DNA of 20,000 nt from an uncultured virus (IMG/VR IMGVR_UViG_3300035668_000001) (lineage: Duplodnaviria; Heunggongvirae; Uroviricota; Caudoviricetes). Where the stretch lies: IMG/VR virus record IMGVR_UViG_3300035668_000001; one strand, given 5' to 3'. The notes below the pieces were generated by a model. That model was not told the origin of the DNA and searched no databases. It saw only the letters and a list, made by a program, of their open reading frames with translations. How positions within the stretch are numbered: position 1 is the first letter of the stretch; every line of letters starts with the position of its first letter. This document shows, one piece after another, positions 9,009 through 17,233 of this stretch. The translations under genes were made by a program, and so were the position numbers.

Positions 9009-9101
9009 CCGTCTACGGCCCCCAAGAGTCCACCGCCCCGGTGTACGTGGCCCTGCCCGACCACCGACCCCCGCGACACAAGCCGTGACGAATCTCCACG
9101 A

Positions 9102-9121
9102 TGCCCAGAGCGACCTGGACA
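9102..9121 (+). promoter_or_regulatory. AGCGAC-loop hairpin, copy 4 (short stem)
   Basis: TG-c-CCAG-AGCGAC-CTGG-a-CA, 5 nt before GAGGAGG RBS. Confidence 0.6.
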
Positions 9122-9139
9122 GCCCCGAGGAGGACCCCG

Positions 9140-9973
9140 ATGGAAGACCAACCCCCGAGCACGCCGGACCTCGTGTCACTGTCTCTGGGAGGCGGCGTCC
9201 AGTCGAGCGCGTTGCTGCTCATGTCCTGCCGCGGCGACTTGCCGAAACCTGACGTGGCGATCTTCGCCGACACCGAAGGGGAAAGCGGGGCCACGTACCG
9301 GTACCTCGCGGACGTGCTCGAACCCGCCGCGCGCGAGGCGGGGATCCCGTTGGTGCGCGTGGGCAAAGGACCCCTGGCCCATGACGCCCTCACCTTGTCG
9401 AGGAGTCGGCCGTCGTTGCCGTACAAGACGCTGAGCCGTGACGGGGAACCCGGCTACATGGCTCACCGCGACTGCACCAGGGCTTACAAGACGCGCCCGA
9501 TCGACGCCGAGATCCGCCGGCGTCTCGGCGGGTCCACGCGGAAGAAGACGGTCGAGACGTGGCTCGGCATCAGCACCGACGAGATCGGCCGCATGAAGCA
9601 GAGCCGCCACCGGTGGCAGCGGCTGGTGTACCCGCTGATCGACCTCCGCATGAGCCGGGCGGACTGCAAGCGGTGGGTCGTCGACCACGGCTACCCGCCG
9701 GCGCCCCGGTCCGCGTGCGTGTTCTGCCCGAACCATTCCGACTCCTACTGGCGGGCGATGCGGGACGGCGACCCGGAGACGTGGGCGCAGGTCGTCGCGT
9801 TCGACGCGGCCGCACGGAACGCCCTCCCGCACATGGACAGCGAAGTGTTCCTCCACGCCCAACGTGTCCCACTCTCCCAAGTCGACCTCGCGACGCCGCA
9901 AGAGAGAGGCCAACTGGGGCTGTTCGGGGACGACGAACAGTGCGCCGACGCCTCCGGGGCCTGCTTCCTGTGA
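9140..9973 (+). CDS. PAPS reductase-family (PP-loop, adenine nucleotide alpha-hydrolase) phage protein (277 aa)
   Basis: SLGGGVQSSAL PP-loop variant, IFADTEGE, CTRAYK, LGISTDE, YPLID, SACVFCP, C-terminal CADASGAC; GAGGAGG RBS. Confidence 0.85.
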   Translation: MEDQPPSTPDLVSLSLGGGVQSSALLLMSCRGDLPKPDVAIFADTEGESGATYRYLADVLEPAAREAGIPLVRVGKGPLAHDALTLSRSRPSLPYKTLSRDGEPGYMAHRDCTRAYKTRPIDAEIRRRLGGSTRKKTVETWLGISTDEIGRMKQSRHRWQRLVYPLIDLRMSRADCKRWVVDHGYPPAPRSACVFCPNHSDSYWRAMRDGDPETWAQVVAFDAAARNALPHMDSEVFLHAQRVPLSQVDLATPQERGQLGLFGDDEQCADASGACFL

Positions 9974-9988
9974 CGTCCGCTCGAGCCG

Positions 9989-10020
9989 CAAGTACTGCCC
10001 TGAGCGACCAGGGCACCTTG
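9989..10020 (+). promoter_or_regulatory. AGCGAC-loop hairpin, copy 5
   Basis: Perfect TGCCCTG-AGCGAC-CAGGGCA (9996-10015) with outer CAAG/CTTG; followed by GAAGGAAGGA RBS. Confidence 0.8.
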
Positions 10021-10037
10021 GAAGGAAGGACTCCCCG

Positions 10038-10523
10038 ATGGAAGGGCACCAGCTCAACCGCGACGGCAAGGGCGGCTGCCTCGACTGCGCTCTGCCCGGC
10101 CTGAACCGCTCCGCGCACCCGTTCGAACCGGCCCCACAGCCCCGGCAGGTGCGCCGCCGGCCACGCCCGGACGGCGACGACCCGCCCGCGCCGCGCCGCG
10201 GCACCACCGCCTACCAGATCCTCGACGCCATAGCCCGACGCCCACCCCACGAGCTGGGCGCCACCCGCGAACAGCTCGACGACACCCTCGCCCGGCCTTG
10301 CGCATCCACCCTCGTGACCTTGTTCAACGACGGCTGGGTACGCCTCGCCACCGACGAGGCCACCGGCCGGCCCACGGTCCGCGCCTCGGCGCGGGCGGGC
10401 GTGAAGCCTGCCCTCGTGTACGTCCTCACCACCCAGACGACGTCCCGCCTCGGACTCCGCGAATGGCAGGACGCGTCCACCGCGCAAGTGAGGCGCTACG
10501 AGGCGCCGGAGGCGACCCGGTGA
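10038..10523 (+). CDS. putative winged-helix DNA-binding protein (161 aa)
   Basis: Strong RBS; AYQILDAI...GATREQL...LVTLFNDGWV...ALVYVLT pattern; N-terminal H..CLDC..H. Confidence 0.6.
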   Translation: MEGHQLNRDGKGGCLDCALPGLNRSAHPFEPAPQPRQVRRRPRPDGDDPPAPRRGTTAYQILDAIARRPPHELGATREQLDDTLARPCASTLVTLFNDGWVRLATDEATGRPTVRASARAGVKPALVYVLTTQTTSRLGLREWQDASTAQVRRYEAPEATR

Positions 10524-11938
10524 CCACCGCAGCCAGTCCCGCGCATCTCATCCAAGGCAACGCCCTCGCGCTGCCATTGGCCGACGCGTCCGTCGACTTG
10601 GTCGTCACATCTCCGCCGTACTTCGGGCTCCGGTCCTACAAGGACGGCGGCGAGCACTACGTCGGGCAGATCGGAGCCGAGGCCACGCCGGGCGAGTTCG
10701 TGGATGCGCTGGTCGCCGCGACGCGGGAGATGGTGCGGGTCCTCAAGCCCGCCGGGTCGATCTTCGTCAACCTCGGCGACAAGTATTCGATGCGTGACGG
10801 TCAAGGCGGGCCTCAGGGACCGACGGGTCTGCGCGGGACACGTCGGCAGGCCGCGACCTACGTCCGACAGTCCGGACGGGAGTTCGGCGCTCCCTTGAAG
10901 TCTCTCGTCGGCATCCCGTGGCGGTACGCACTGCGCTGCATCGACGACCTCGGGCTGATCCTCCGCGCCGAGATCCTGTGGTCCAAGCCGAACGGGCTCC
11001 CCGAATCGGTCACCGACCGAGTCCGCCGCTCACACGAGACGTGGTTCCACTTCGTCAAACAGCCCCGCTACTACTCCGCCGTAGACGAGATCCGAGAGGC
11101 GCACATCGGGGGTGCCCACCCTGGACTGGAAACCCGCCACGAACGCAGCGGCGGCGTCCTCGCCCCCACGCGATCCAACGTAACCGTCAACCCGCTCGGG
11201 AAGCTCCCCGGATCGGTGTGGGAGATCCCCACGCAGCCGTTGAACATCCCGGACCACATCGCCCACAGCCGGTGCTGCAACGGCCGGAAACGGGCTGGCT
11301 GCGAGGACGGCATCGACCACTACGCGGCGTTCCCGATGGAGTGGCCGCGTCGCATCATCCGCGGCTGGTCCCCGAACGGCGTGTGCACCGCGTGCAGTGA
11401 AGAACGGCGCCCGGTCCCGGCCCGGTACCAGGTCGACCGGTCACGGCCGCAGGCCCGGCGCGCGCTCGCGCTTGTCGAACAGCACGGGCTGACAGATGAC
11501 CACATTGCCGCCGTGCGCTCGGTCGGCGTGTCCGACACCGGCCGCGGCGCGGCGACACAATCCGGCACTGGTAAAAACACGTCAGAGGTGTACGCGCTCG
11601 CGGAGGTGGCCCGCGCCGCGCTCGGCGGGTACGCCCGCGAGTTCCTGCTGCAACGCCCTACCGGTCTCGACTACGCGTGCTCGTGCTCGGAGCCGACTGC
11701 ACCGACCCGTCCGGCCGTGGTGCTGGACCCGTTTGGGGGCACCGGCACAACGGCCCTCGTCGCGAAGGTTCTGGGCCGTACCGGCATCTCCGTGGACATG
11801 TCCGCGGACTACGGCAACGTCGTCGCCCGGTGGCGGGTCGACGACCCGGATCAGATCGCCGCTGCCATGCAGATCCCCCGGAACAAGACGCGGGACGCGG
11901 GCACCGACCAACTCGACATGTTCGGGGAGTCGGCATGA
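10520..11938 (+). CDS. site-specific DNA methyltransferase, beta class (N4-C/N6-A) (472 aa)
   Basis: Motif IV VTSPPY near N-terminus, motif I VLDPFGGTGTT near C-terminus, HYAAFP; GGAGG RBS. Confidence 0.95.
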   Translation: MTTAASPAHLIQGNALALPLADASVDLVVTSPPYFGLRSYKDGGEHYVGQIGAEATPGEFVDALVAATREMVRVLKPAGSIFVNLGDKYSMRDGQGGPQGPTGLRGTRRQAATYVRQSGREFGAPLKSLVGIPWRYALRCIDDLGLILRAEILWSKPNGLPESVTDRVRRSHETWFHFVKQPRYYSAVDEIREAHIGGAHPGLETRHERSGGVLAPTRSNVTVNPLGKLPGSVWEIPTQPLNIPDHIAHSRCCNGRKRAGCEDGIDHYAAFPMEWPRRIIRGWSPNGVCTACSEERRPVPARYQVDRSRPQARRALALVEQHGLTDDHIAAVRSVGVSDTGRGAATQSGTGKNTSEVYALAEVARAALGGYAREFLLQRPTGLDYACSCSEPTAPTRPAVVLDPFGGTGTTALVAKVLGRTGISVDMSADYGNVVARWRVDDPDQIAAAMQIPRNKTRDAGTDQLDMFGESA

Positions 11939-12564
11939 CCACCGCGCTCGAGCACGTCCTCGGCGTGCTCGGCGAAGACCTGGGCCTAGTAGTCGACGAC
12001 GACGGCGGCATGCTCCCCTCAGGGTTCGCCGCGTTCGACCACGCCCGCCGGTACCGGTACCTCCTCGCCCGCACATGGGACGGCGACCTGGACCCCGCGG
12101 TGTGGCTCATGTGCAACCCGTCGACCGCCGACGCCTTCGTCCTCGACGCCACCCTCCGCCGCTGCCGCGCCTTTTCGCACACGTGGGGCCACGGCGGCAT
12201 GGTCATCCTCAACGCGTTCGCGTTCCGCGCCACCCAACCCGACGACATGAAAGCCCAGCCCGACCCGGTCGGCCCGGTGAACGACGCGGTCATCGCCGTC
12301 ACCGCCGCGGGGTTGCCCGGTGCGCCGTGGATCGTCGGCTGGGGCGCGAACGGCGGGCATTTGGGCCGGGACCGGCAGGTTGCTGCCATCCTCGCCGGGT
12401 ACGAGCTGTCCCCGTCCATGCTCGCGGTCACGAAAGACGGTCACCCCGGTCACCCGCTACGGCTCCGCGCCGACGCGAAGCCGACCCCGTGGAATCTGCC
12501 CAATGCCGTGTATGGTGCGTCATGCGGGGACCGTAGCGACCGGTCTCCCGACCCGAAGCCCTGA
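11935..12564 (+). CDS. DUF1643 domain protein (209 aa)
   Basis: YRYLLARTW, MCNPSTAD...DATLRRC, NAFAFRATQP, GWG, TKDGHPGHPL. Confidence 0.92.
   Translation: MTTALEHVLGVLGEDLGLVVDDDGGMLPSGFAAFDHARRYRYLLARTWDGDLDPAVWLMCNPSTADAFVLDATLRRCRAFSHTWGHGGMVILNAFAFRATQPDDMKAQPDPVGPVNDAVIAVTAAGLPGAPWIVGWGANGGHLGRDRQVAAILAGYELSPSMLAVTKDGHPGHPLRLRADAKPTPWNLPNAVYGASCGDRSDRSPDPKP
12500..12550 (+). promoter_or_regulatory. promoter-like motif plus AGCGAC-loop hairpin, copy 6
   Basis: CCAAT-GCCG-TG-TATGGT (12500-12516); CGGGGACCG-TAGCGAC-CGGTC(T)CCCG (12525-12550). Confidence 0.75.
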
Positions 12565-12580
12565 AAGGGGCGTGGTATCC

Positions 12581-12703
12581 GTGTCCGAACCGAAGATGGC
12601 CCTCCCACCGATCCCGCCTGCGCCCGCCCCGGCGCCGGCCCCGGAACGGCGGCTCCTCCCCGAGCTTGTCTACATCAAGCGAGCCCGCCGGAGCGTGCCG
12701 TGA
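12581..12703 (+). CDS. small Pro-rich hypothetical protein (40 aa)
   Basis: AAAGGGG upstream; stop overlaps next start. Confidence 0.45.
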   Translation: MSEPKMALPPIPPAPAPAPAPERRLLPELVYIKRARRSVP

Positions 12704-12969
12704 TGCGGTACCGCGGCTATGACGGCGACTACGACGAGTCCGATGACGGGTACGACACCGGCAAGCCCGGTAGGGCGCCGGCGGGGCGGCCGTCGAAGAA
12801 GAGGCGGAAGGACAACCAGAGGGCCCTCGTTGTCGTTGCTGTCGTCATCGCGCTCGCGCTCGTGTACGGCGTCCGCAACTGGGATGCCGCCAAGCCTGTC
12901 CTCAAGAACGTCGGGCACCTCATCGTCTGCAACTTGCAGAACAACTGCCCGACGGGGACTGTCCGGTGA
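12700..12969 (+). CDS. small single-pass membrane protein (89 aa)
   Basis: Basic KKRRK followed by ALVVVAVVIALALVYGV. Confidence 0.7.
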   Translation: MMRYRGYDGDYDESDDGYDTGKPGRAPAGRPSKKRRKDNQRALVVVAVVIALALVYGVRNWDAAKPVLKNVGHLIVCNLQNNCPTGTVR

Positions 12970-13652
12970 CCGCCTCGATGCCGGGCAGGACACCGGCGGT
13001 GACCACCGATGACGACGGCCAGTACTGGCGCGAGAAGGCGACCGAGCTCCAAGACGAGGTCGACTACTGGCGCGAGGCGCACCACGAACTCGAGCGCTAT
13101 CTCGCCGCCTTGTCGGGGGGCGACGCGCCGGTAGGCCACCCCGTGAGCGCGGCGAAGGTCCGGTACCTGTGGACGCCGACCGTCGACGCCTCGGCTGCGT
13201 GCTACGAGTGCGGGACATCCGCAGATACGTGCGGTGCGCGGGCGGCTGACGAGCGCGTCTTCGGCTACTGCTGCCAGGCGTGCTGGTGGTACCGCCCCCG
13301 GTTCGCCCACCGTGCTGCCGAGGCGTCCCTGGTGACCGCGCCGCGCGAGAAGGTGTCCGCGTACCAGATCGGCGGCGACCTCTGGCCGGGCCTCGGCAAG
13401 GTCATCGAGGAGTCGGGCGAGCTGGCTCAGGTGGCCGGGAAGCTCATCGCCAACAGCGGCGAGCGCAGCCACTGGGACGGCACCGACCTGCACGACCGGC
13501 TGATCGAGGAGCTGGGTGACGTCCTCGCTGCGATCGACTTCCTGATCGAGGCGAACGGCCTTCACGCCGCTGCCGTCCGTCAGCGCGCCGACAACAAGCT
13601 CACGCTGTTCCGGCGCTGGCACCGTGGCGCACCGGATGGGATGTCCCGGTGA
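12966..13652 (+). CDS. MazG-like nucleotide pyrophosphohydrolase with N-terminal Cys-rich extension (228 aa)
   Basis: KVIEESGELAQ...LIEELGDVLAAI (EExxE...EExxD all-alpha NTP-PPase pattern); CYEC/CCQAC upstream. Confidence 0.8.
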   Translation: MTASMPGRTPAVTTDDDGQYWREKATELQDEVDYWREAHHELERYLAALSGGDAPVGHPVSAAKVRYLWTPTVDASAACYECGTSADTCGARAADERVFGYCCQACWWYRPRFAHRAAEASLVTAPREKVSAYQIGGDLWPGLGKVIEESGELAQVAGKLIANSGERSHWDGTDLHDRLIEELGDVLAAIDFLIEANGLHAAAVRQRADNKLTLFRRWHRGAPDGMSR

Positions 13653-13939
13653 GCGACCTGGTCCCCTCTGACCGCATCGAGGCCATCGTCGGCGTCAGCC
13701 GACACCCCTCGGAGCACTGGGGGCGTGCGGTCTCGGCAGAGCAGACGGTCTACATCCTCCACTCGGCGGCCTGCCGGGACTCCGGCATCGACCTGCGTGA
13801 CTGCGACTACTCGATCGCGCTCGACAACGGCATCAACGACCTGAGCGACTGGATCGGCCGCGAGGACACCCCGGTCCAGCTCTCGATCTGCTACGGCTGG
13901 CTGATTCCGGTCGACCGTGACCCCGAGGTGTCTCGGTGA
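13649..13939 (+). CDS. hypothetical phage protein (96 aa)
   Basis: GTGA overlaps at both ends. Confidence 0.75.
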   Translation: MSDLVPSDRIEAIVGVSRHPSEHWGRAVSAEQTVYILHSAACRDSGIDLRDCDYSIALDNGINDLSDWIGREDTPVQLSICYGWLIPVDRDPEVSR

Positions 13940-14478
13940 CGGCGCCGACGCCGGACGACGAGGCCGCCGGGATGTGCCCGAACTGTGTGACGCCGTGGAA
14001 GTGCAACGGCCCTCATGAGCCGGCCACCGCGCCGGCGCCGGCCACGCCGGCGACCACTGGTTTCCCGGCACCCGGGGAGCGGACCGACCTGCGGCGGATC
14101 TCGCGAGACGCCCGTTGGGATGACGATCGGCTCGGCTGGATGAAGCGCTTGGAGTTCTTGATCGAGGAGCTGGCTCCCTTGGTGGCTGCCCGTGAGGCGG
14201 CGGCCTACGCCCGTGGTCGCGACGAGGAGATCCGCTGCACCTGCCTGGGTGAGTGGGACACCCGGTGTCGCCTGCACGGCCACCCCGCGATGCGCGCCAT
14301 GCGTGCCGAGGTGGCGGCGGCCGAGAGGGCGCGCAAGCAGCACGCTGACCTGTTGGCGATCCTGGCCGACGAGTGGGCAGACGACCCCGCGGGCGCCAGG
14401 GACTGGGCGCGGGCGTACCGGGCCGCCCGCGCTGCTGCTGCGGCCCCCGACACCACCCCCGAAGGAGAGCAGCGATGA
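13936..14478 (+). CDS. hypothetical protein with CPNC-C-H and C-C-C-H motifs (180 aa)
   Basis: GAGGTG RBS; CPNCVTPWKCNGPH. Confidence 0.75.
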   Translation: MTAPTPDDEAAGMCPNCVTPWKCNGPHEPATAPAPATPATTGFPAPGERTDLRRISRDARWDDDRLGWMKRLEFLIEELAPLVAAREAAAYARGRDEEIRCTCLGEWDTRCRLHGHPAMRAMRAEVAAAERARKQHADLLAILADEWADDPAGARDWARAYRAARAAAAAPDTTPEGEQR

Positions 14479-14657
14479 GCAAGGGCCAGGAGGTGTGCGT
14501 GGCGTGCCTGTGCACCGAGGAAGCCCACGGCGACGAAAGCGGCCACGGCCGGGCTTGCCCCCATGAGTGCTCGGGATGGTTCATCTACGAGGACCCGGAA
14601 CGCTGCCCCTGCTGTGACTGGGTGCTTCCCGGCTGCCGCCTGGATGGTGTCGTATGA
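14475..14657 (+). CDS. small Cys-rich protein (60 aa)
   Basis: AAGGAG RBS; ATGA overlaps; 9 Cys. Confidence 0.7.
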   Translation: MSKGQEVCVACLCTEEAHGDESGHGRACPHECSGWFIYEDPERCPCCDWVLPGCRLDGVV

Positions 14658-15043
14658 CGGGCCCGTCGTCGCCGGACCCGGCCACGCCGCAGTGGACGTG
14701 GACCGACGAAGCGCGCGAGGCGGCGTACCGGGCATCGGCGCGGGCGTGCGGCCGCGACTACCCGAACGCGGCTGATGTCACGGTCGGGCGTGCCGTTGGG
14801 GAAGCGCTGGCCCCGCACGCGGCCCGGCAGGTCGCGGACCTCGCGGTCGACCGGGACAGGTGGATGAACCTCGCCCAGCGGGCGTTCATGGAGGTCGCCG
14901 GGTACCTCGCCCGCGCTGCCGCGTCGACCGGCACCACCCCCGAGGCCGAGCCCGTCACGAAGGCGTGGGACGACGGCTACCGCGCCGGGGTCCGCGTCGG
15001 CCTCGACGCCTCCGCCGAGCGAGACTCCGGTGGCGCCGGGTGA
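14654..15043 (+). CDS. hypothetical protein (129 aa)
   Basis: Coupled overlaps; AWDDGYRAG motif common in phage proteins. Confidence 0.7.
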   Translation: MTGPSSPDPATPQWTWTDEAREAAYRASARACGRDYPNAADVTVGRAVGEALAPHAARQVADLAVDRDRWMNLAQRAFMEVAGYLARAAASTGTTPEAEPVTKAWDDGYRAGVRVGLDASAERDSGGAG

Positions 15044-15393
15044 CCACCATCGGGCAGCGGATCGTAGACCGGCGCGGCAATCGCACCCAGCAGTGGCTGG
15101 CCGGCCGGGTCGGTGTCACACAAGTCGCCGTGTCGTACTGGGAAACCGACCAACGTGTGCCCGAACTCCAAATGGTCGCCAAGCTCGCCGACGCGCTCCG
15201 CTGTGACCCCGGGTGGCTGGCGTTCGGGAACCATGCGCACACCGAACGGGGCGTTGCTTTGACGCGGACCGTCCTCTACGTCACCGACTGCGATTGGGGC
15301 GGCTGCGGCGCCCCTGCCGTCGCAGTCCGCTGGGACGAGGACCACGAAGGCTTCTTGCCCGTGTGCGACCGCCACACCGGTGAAGCCCCGTGA
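15040..15393 (+). CDS. XRE-family HTH regulator with C-terminal Zn-ribbon-like motif (117 aa)
   Basis: TQQWLAGRVGVTQVAVSYWETDQRVP...KLADALRCDPGWL; CDWGGC...CDRH. Confidence 0.88.
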   Translation: MTTIGQRIVDRRGNRTQQWLAGRVGVTQVAVSYWETDQRVPELQMVAKLADALRCDPGWLAFGNHAHTERGVALTRTVLYVTDCDWGGCGAPAVAVRWDEDHEGFLPVCDRHTGEAP

Positions 15394-15803
15394 ACAACGA
15401 GGAGGCGTGGAAGGACATGAGCGCGGCCGCGGACAAGCTGCGCGCCGGAGACACAGACGTACCGCCGCGGCTTGCCGAACCGATCGCCGGGTGGATGCTC
15501 GGCGCCGCCGAAGTGGTCCGTTCGAAATGGTGCCCGACGGTGGACCGCCGCGCCGGATGTTGGGTGTTCGCCCGCCTGGTCCTCGACGGGCCGGCCGAGC
15601 CTGCGGGAAGCCCGTTGACGCCGGACGAGGTGACGGCCGCGGAATGGCGCGGCGCCGAATGGGAACGCAACCGGATGCGGGAGGCGATGGAGGACACGTT
15701 CCCCGACAGCACACCCACGACGCGGGCCGTGCTGCGCCTGGTCGGCCCACCCCGCTCGTCCCGCCTCCGCCTCCTCCAAGGCGGGCAGGGCGGTGCCACG
15801 TGA
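15390..15803 (+). CDS. hypothetical protein (137 aa)
   Basis: GTGA overlap; ends LRLLQGG, a motif common in phage proteins. Confidence 0.65.
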   Translation: MNNEEAWKDMSAAADKLRAGDTDVPPRLAEPIAGWMLGAAEVVRSKWCPTVDRRAGCWVFARLVLDGPAEPAGSPLTPDEVTAAEWRGAEWERNRMREAMEDTFPDSTPTTRAVLRLVGPPRSSRLRLLQGGQGGAT

Positions 15804-15877
15804 CCGCGGCCAGGCGACTCGTGCCGTGCGGCCCCATCGGCGGCGTCGAGACGCGACCCAAAGAGAAGGAGAAACTC

Positions 15878-16276
15878 GTGACCGGCCGCCGCCGCAAGAA
15901 GGACCGGGAACAGTTCCGGGCGGTCGTCGCTGCGCGACGGAACGACGCGCGTCGCCGCGCGGGCCCGCCGACGCCGGCGCGGATCACCCTCGCACTGGAC
16001 CTCGCCGGTCTTGACGGCCCGCAGGTCGACGTCGCCTGCGGTGGGGTCGAGCCGATGGTCGACGAGTGGGAGGCGGGCACCCGCGTCCCCACCGACGCCC
16101 AGATCAAGGCCCTGGCCCGGTTGACGGGCATGACCGTCGACTCCTTCTACCTGCCCGCGCCCGATCCGATGGCCGGCTGGGTCTGCCAGCGGTCGGGCCC
16201 CGGCAAGGGATGCACCCACCTCGACACCCGCCCGGATGCTCCCGTCGTCCCTATCGTGAAGGAAGCCCTGTGGTGA
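15878..16276 (+). CDS. XRE-like HTH protein with Arg-rich N-terminus (132 aa; alternative start 15800)
   Basis: AAGGAG RBS 15866-15871; VDEWEAGTRVPTDAQIKALARLTG. Confidence 0.75.
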   Translation: MTGRRRKKDREQFRAVVAARRNDARRRAGPPTPARITLALDLAGLDGPQVDVACGGVEPMVDEWEAGTRVPTDAQIKALARLTGMTVDSFYLPAPDPMAGWVCQRSGPGKGCTHLDTRPDAPVVPIVKEALW

Positions 16277-16806
16277 CCCGCCGCATGATCACCAACACTG
16301 TGTCCGCCGCCGTGAAGCCTTGGCCGGTCGACTGCTACATCCAAGGCGGCCGCCGCGGGTTCGTGTTCCGCGACAAGGGCGCCCACTACGTCACCCCGTT
16401 CTTCTTCGAGGCGTTCCCCACCGACCCGCAGACGTTCCTCCGCGGGGAGGGCGACACGATGGAGGCCGCCGAAGCGCAGGCGTGGAAGCGGTGGGAGCGG
16501 GTCACCGCCTGCCCGGGACACGAGTACGAGGCGCGCGGCTACACCAACGGGCTCGGGTTCTGCCGCCACTGCGGCATGTCCAAGTCGGGTGCGTTCACCG
16601 CCGAGCAGCTCGGCCTGCACTGCGCCGCGTGCGGCGTCCCCGCGAACTACGCCCGGGAGGGCGACGACTTCTACTGCACGGAACACAACCCGCGCCGCGC
16701 CGAACACGAGCGGATGATGCGGCAGCTCGAGGAGCCCGTCGACGAGGACGAACTACGCGCGGACCTCACGGCCATCCTCGGCCGGATGGGGAAGACCGAT
16801 GGTTGA
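16273..16806 (+). CDS. hypothetical Cys-rich protein (177 aa)
   Basis: AAGGAAG RBS; FFEAFP...FLRGEG, CPGH, CRHC, CAAC, CTEH. Confidence 0.75.
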   Translation: MTRRMITNTVSAAVKPWPVDCYIQGGRRGFVFRDKGAHYVTPFFFEAFPTDPQTFLRGEGDTMEAAEAQAWKRWERVTACPGHEYEARGYTNGLGFCRHCGMSKSGAFTAEQLGLHCAACGVPANYAREGDDFYCTEHNPRRAEHERMMRQLEEPVDEDELRADLTAILGRMGKTDG

Positions 16807-17233
16807 GGACCCGATGGACTTCGGCCCCGTGCAGCACGTTCTCCGCGCCGCCCCGCCGTGGCGCCGCCACCCCGTCCTCACCGAGTGCGGGAACAAGATC
16901 AGGGAACCGGAGCGGCTCATCACCCGGGAGCAGCTCGCCGCGCGGGTCCGCAAACTCGGACAGAAGCGGGCCGCGTACTCGACGTGCATCACCTGCTGGG
17001 AAGCCGCGAAGGACCACCGAGGCTGGGACGTCGACCCGGCCTCGGTCATCGCCCGCGACGTGAGGTACCGCAACCGTTGGGGGTACGAGGACGACGACCC
17101 GATGAACCGGGAGTTCCGCGCCCTCGCCGCCCTCGTAGAGGCCCACCTCGAGGAGTGGGACGAACTCGTCACCGGCCTTGACCAGACCGTGTCCCTCGAC
17201 GCGCGTAGGCGGGAGGCGAGACGCCGTGGCTGA
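16799..17233 (+). CDS. hypothetical protein (144 aa)
   Basis: 8-bp overlap; HVLR, TECG, TCITC. Confidence 0.75.
   Translation: MVEDPMDFGPVQHVLRAAPPWRRHPVLTECGNKIREPERLITREQLAARVRKLGQKRAAYSTCITCWEAAKDHRGWDVDPASVIARDVRYRNRWGYEDDDPMNREFRALAALVEAHLEEWDELVTGLDQTVSLDARRREARRRG

Noticed and set aside
9031..9050. CCCCGGTGTACGTG as another promoter copy
   Set aside because: Lacks the final T of the -10 and the upstream AAY, and lies about 50 nt from hairpin copy 4
1542..13849. Other AGCGAC hexamers at 1542, 3981, 4771, 7005, 13652 and 13844
   Set aside because: Inside CDSs with no convincing stem enclosing the hexamer; treated as background (13652, at a gene start, is borderline)
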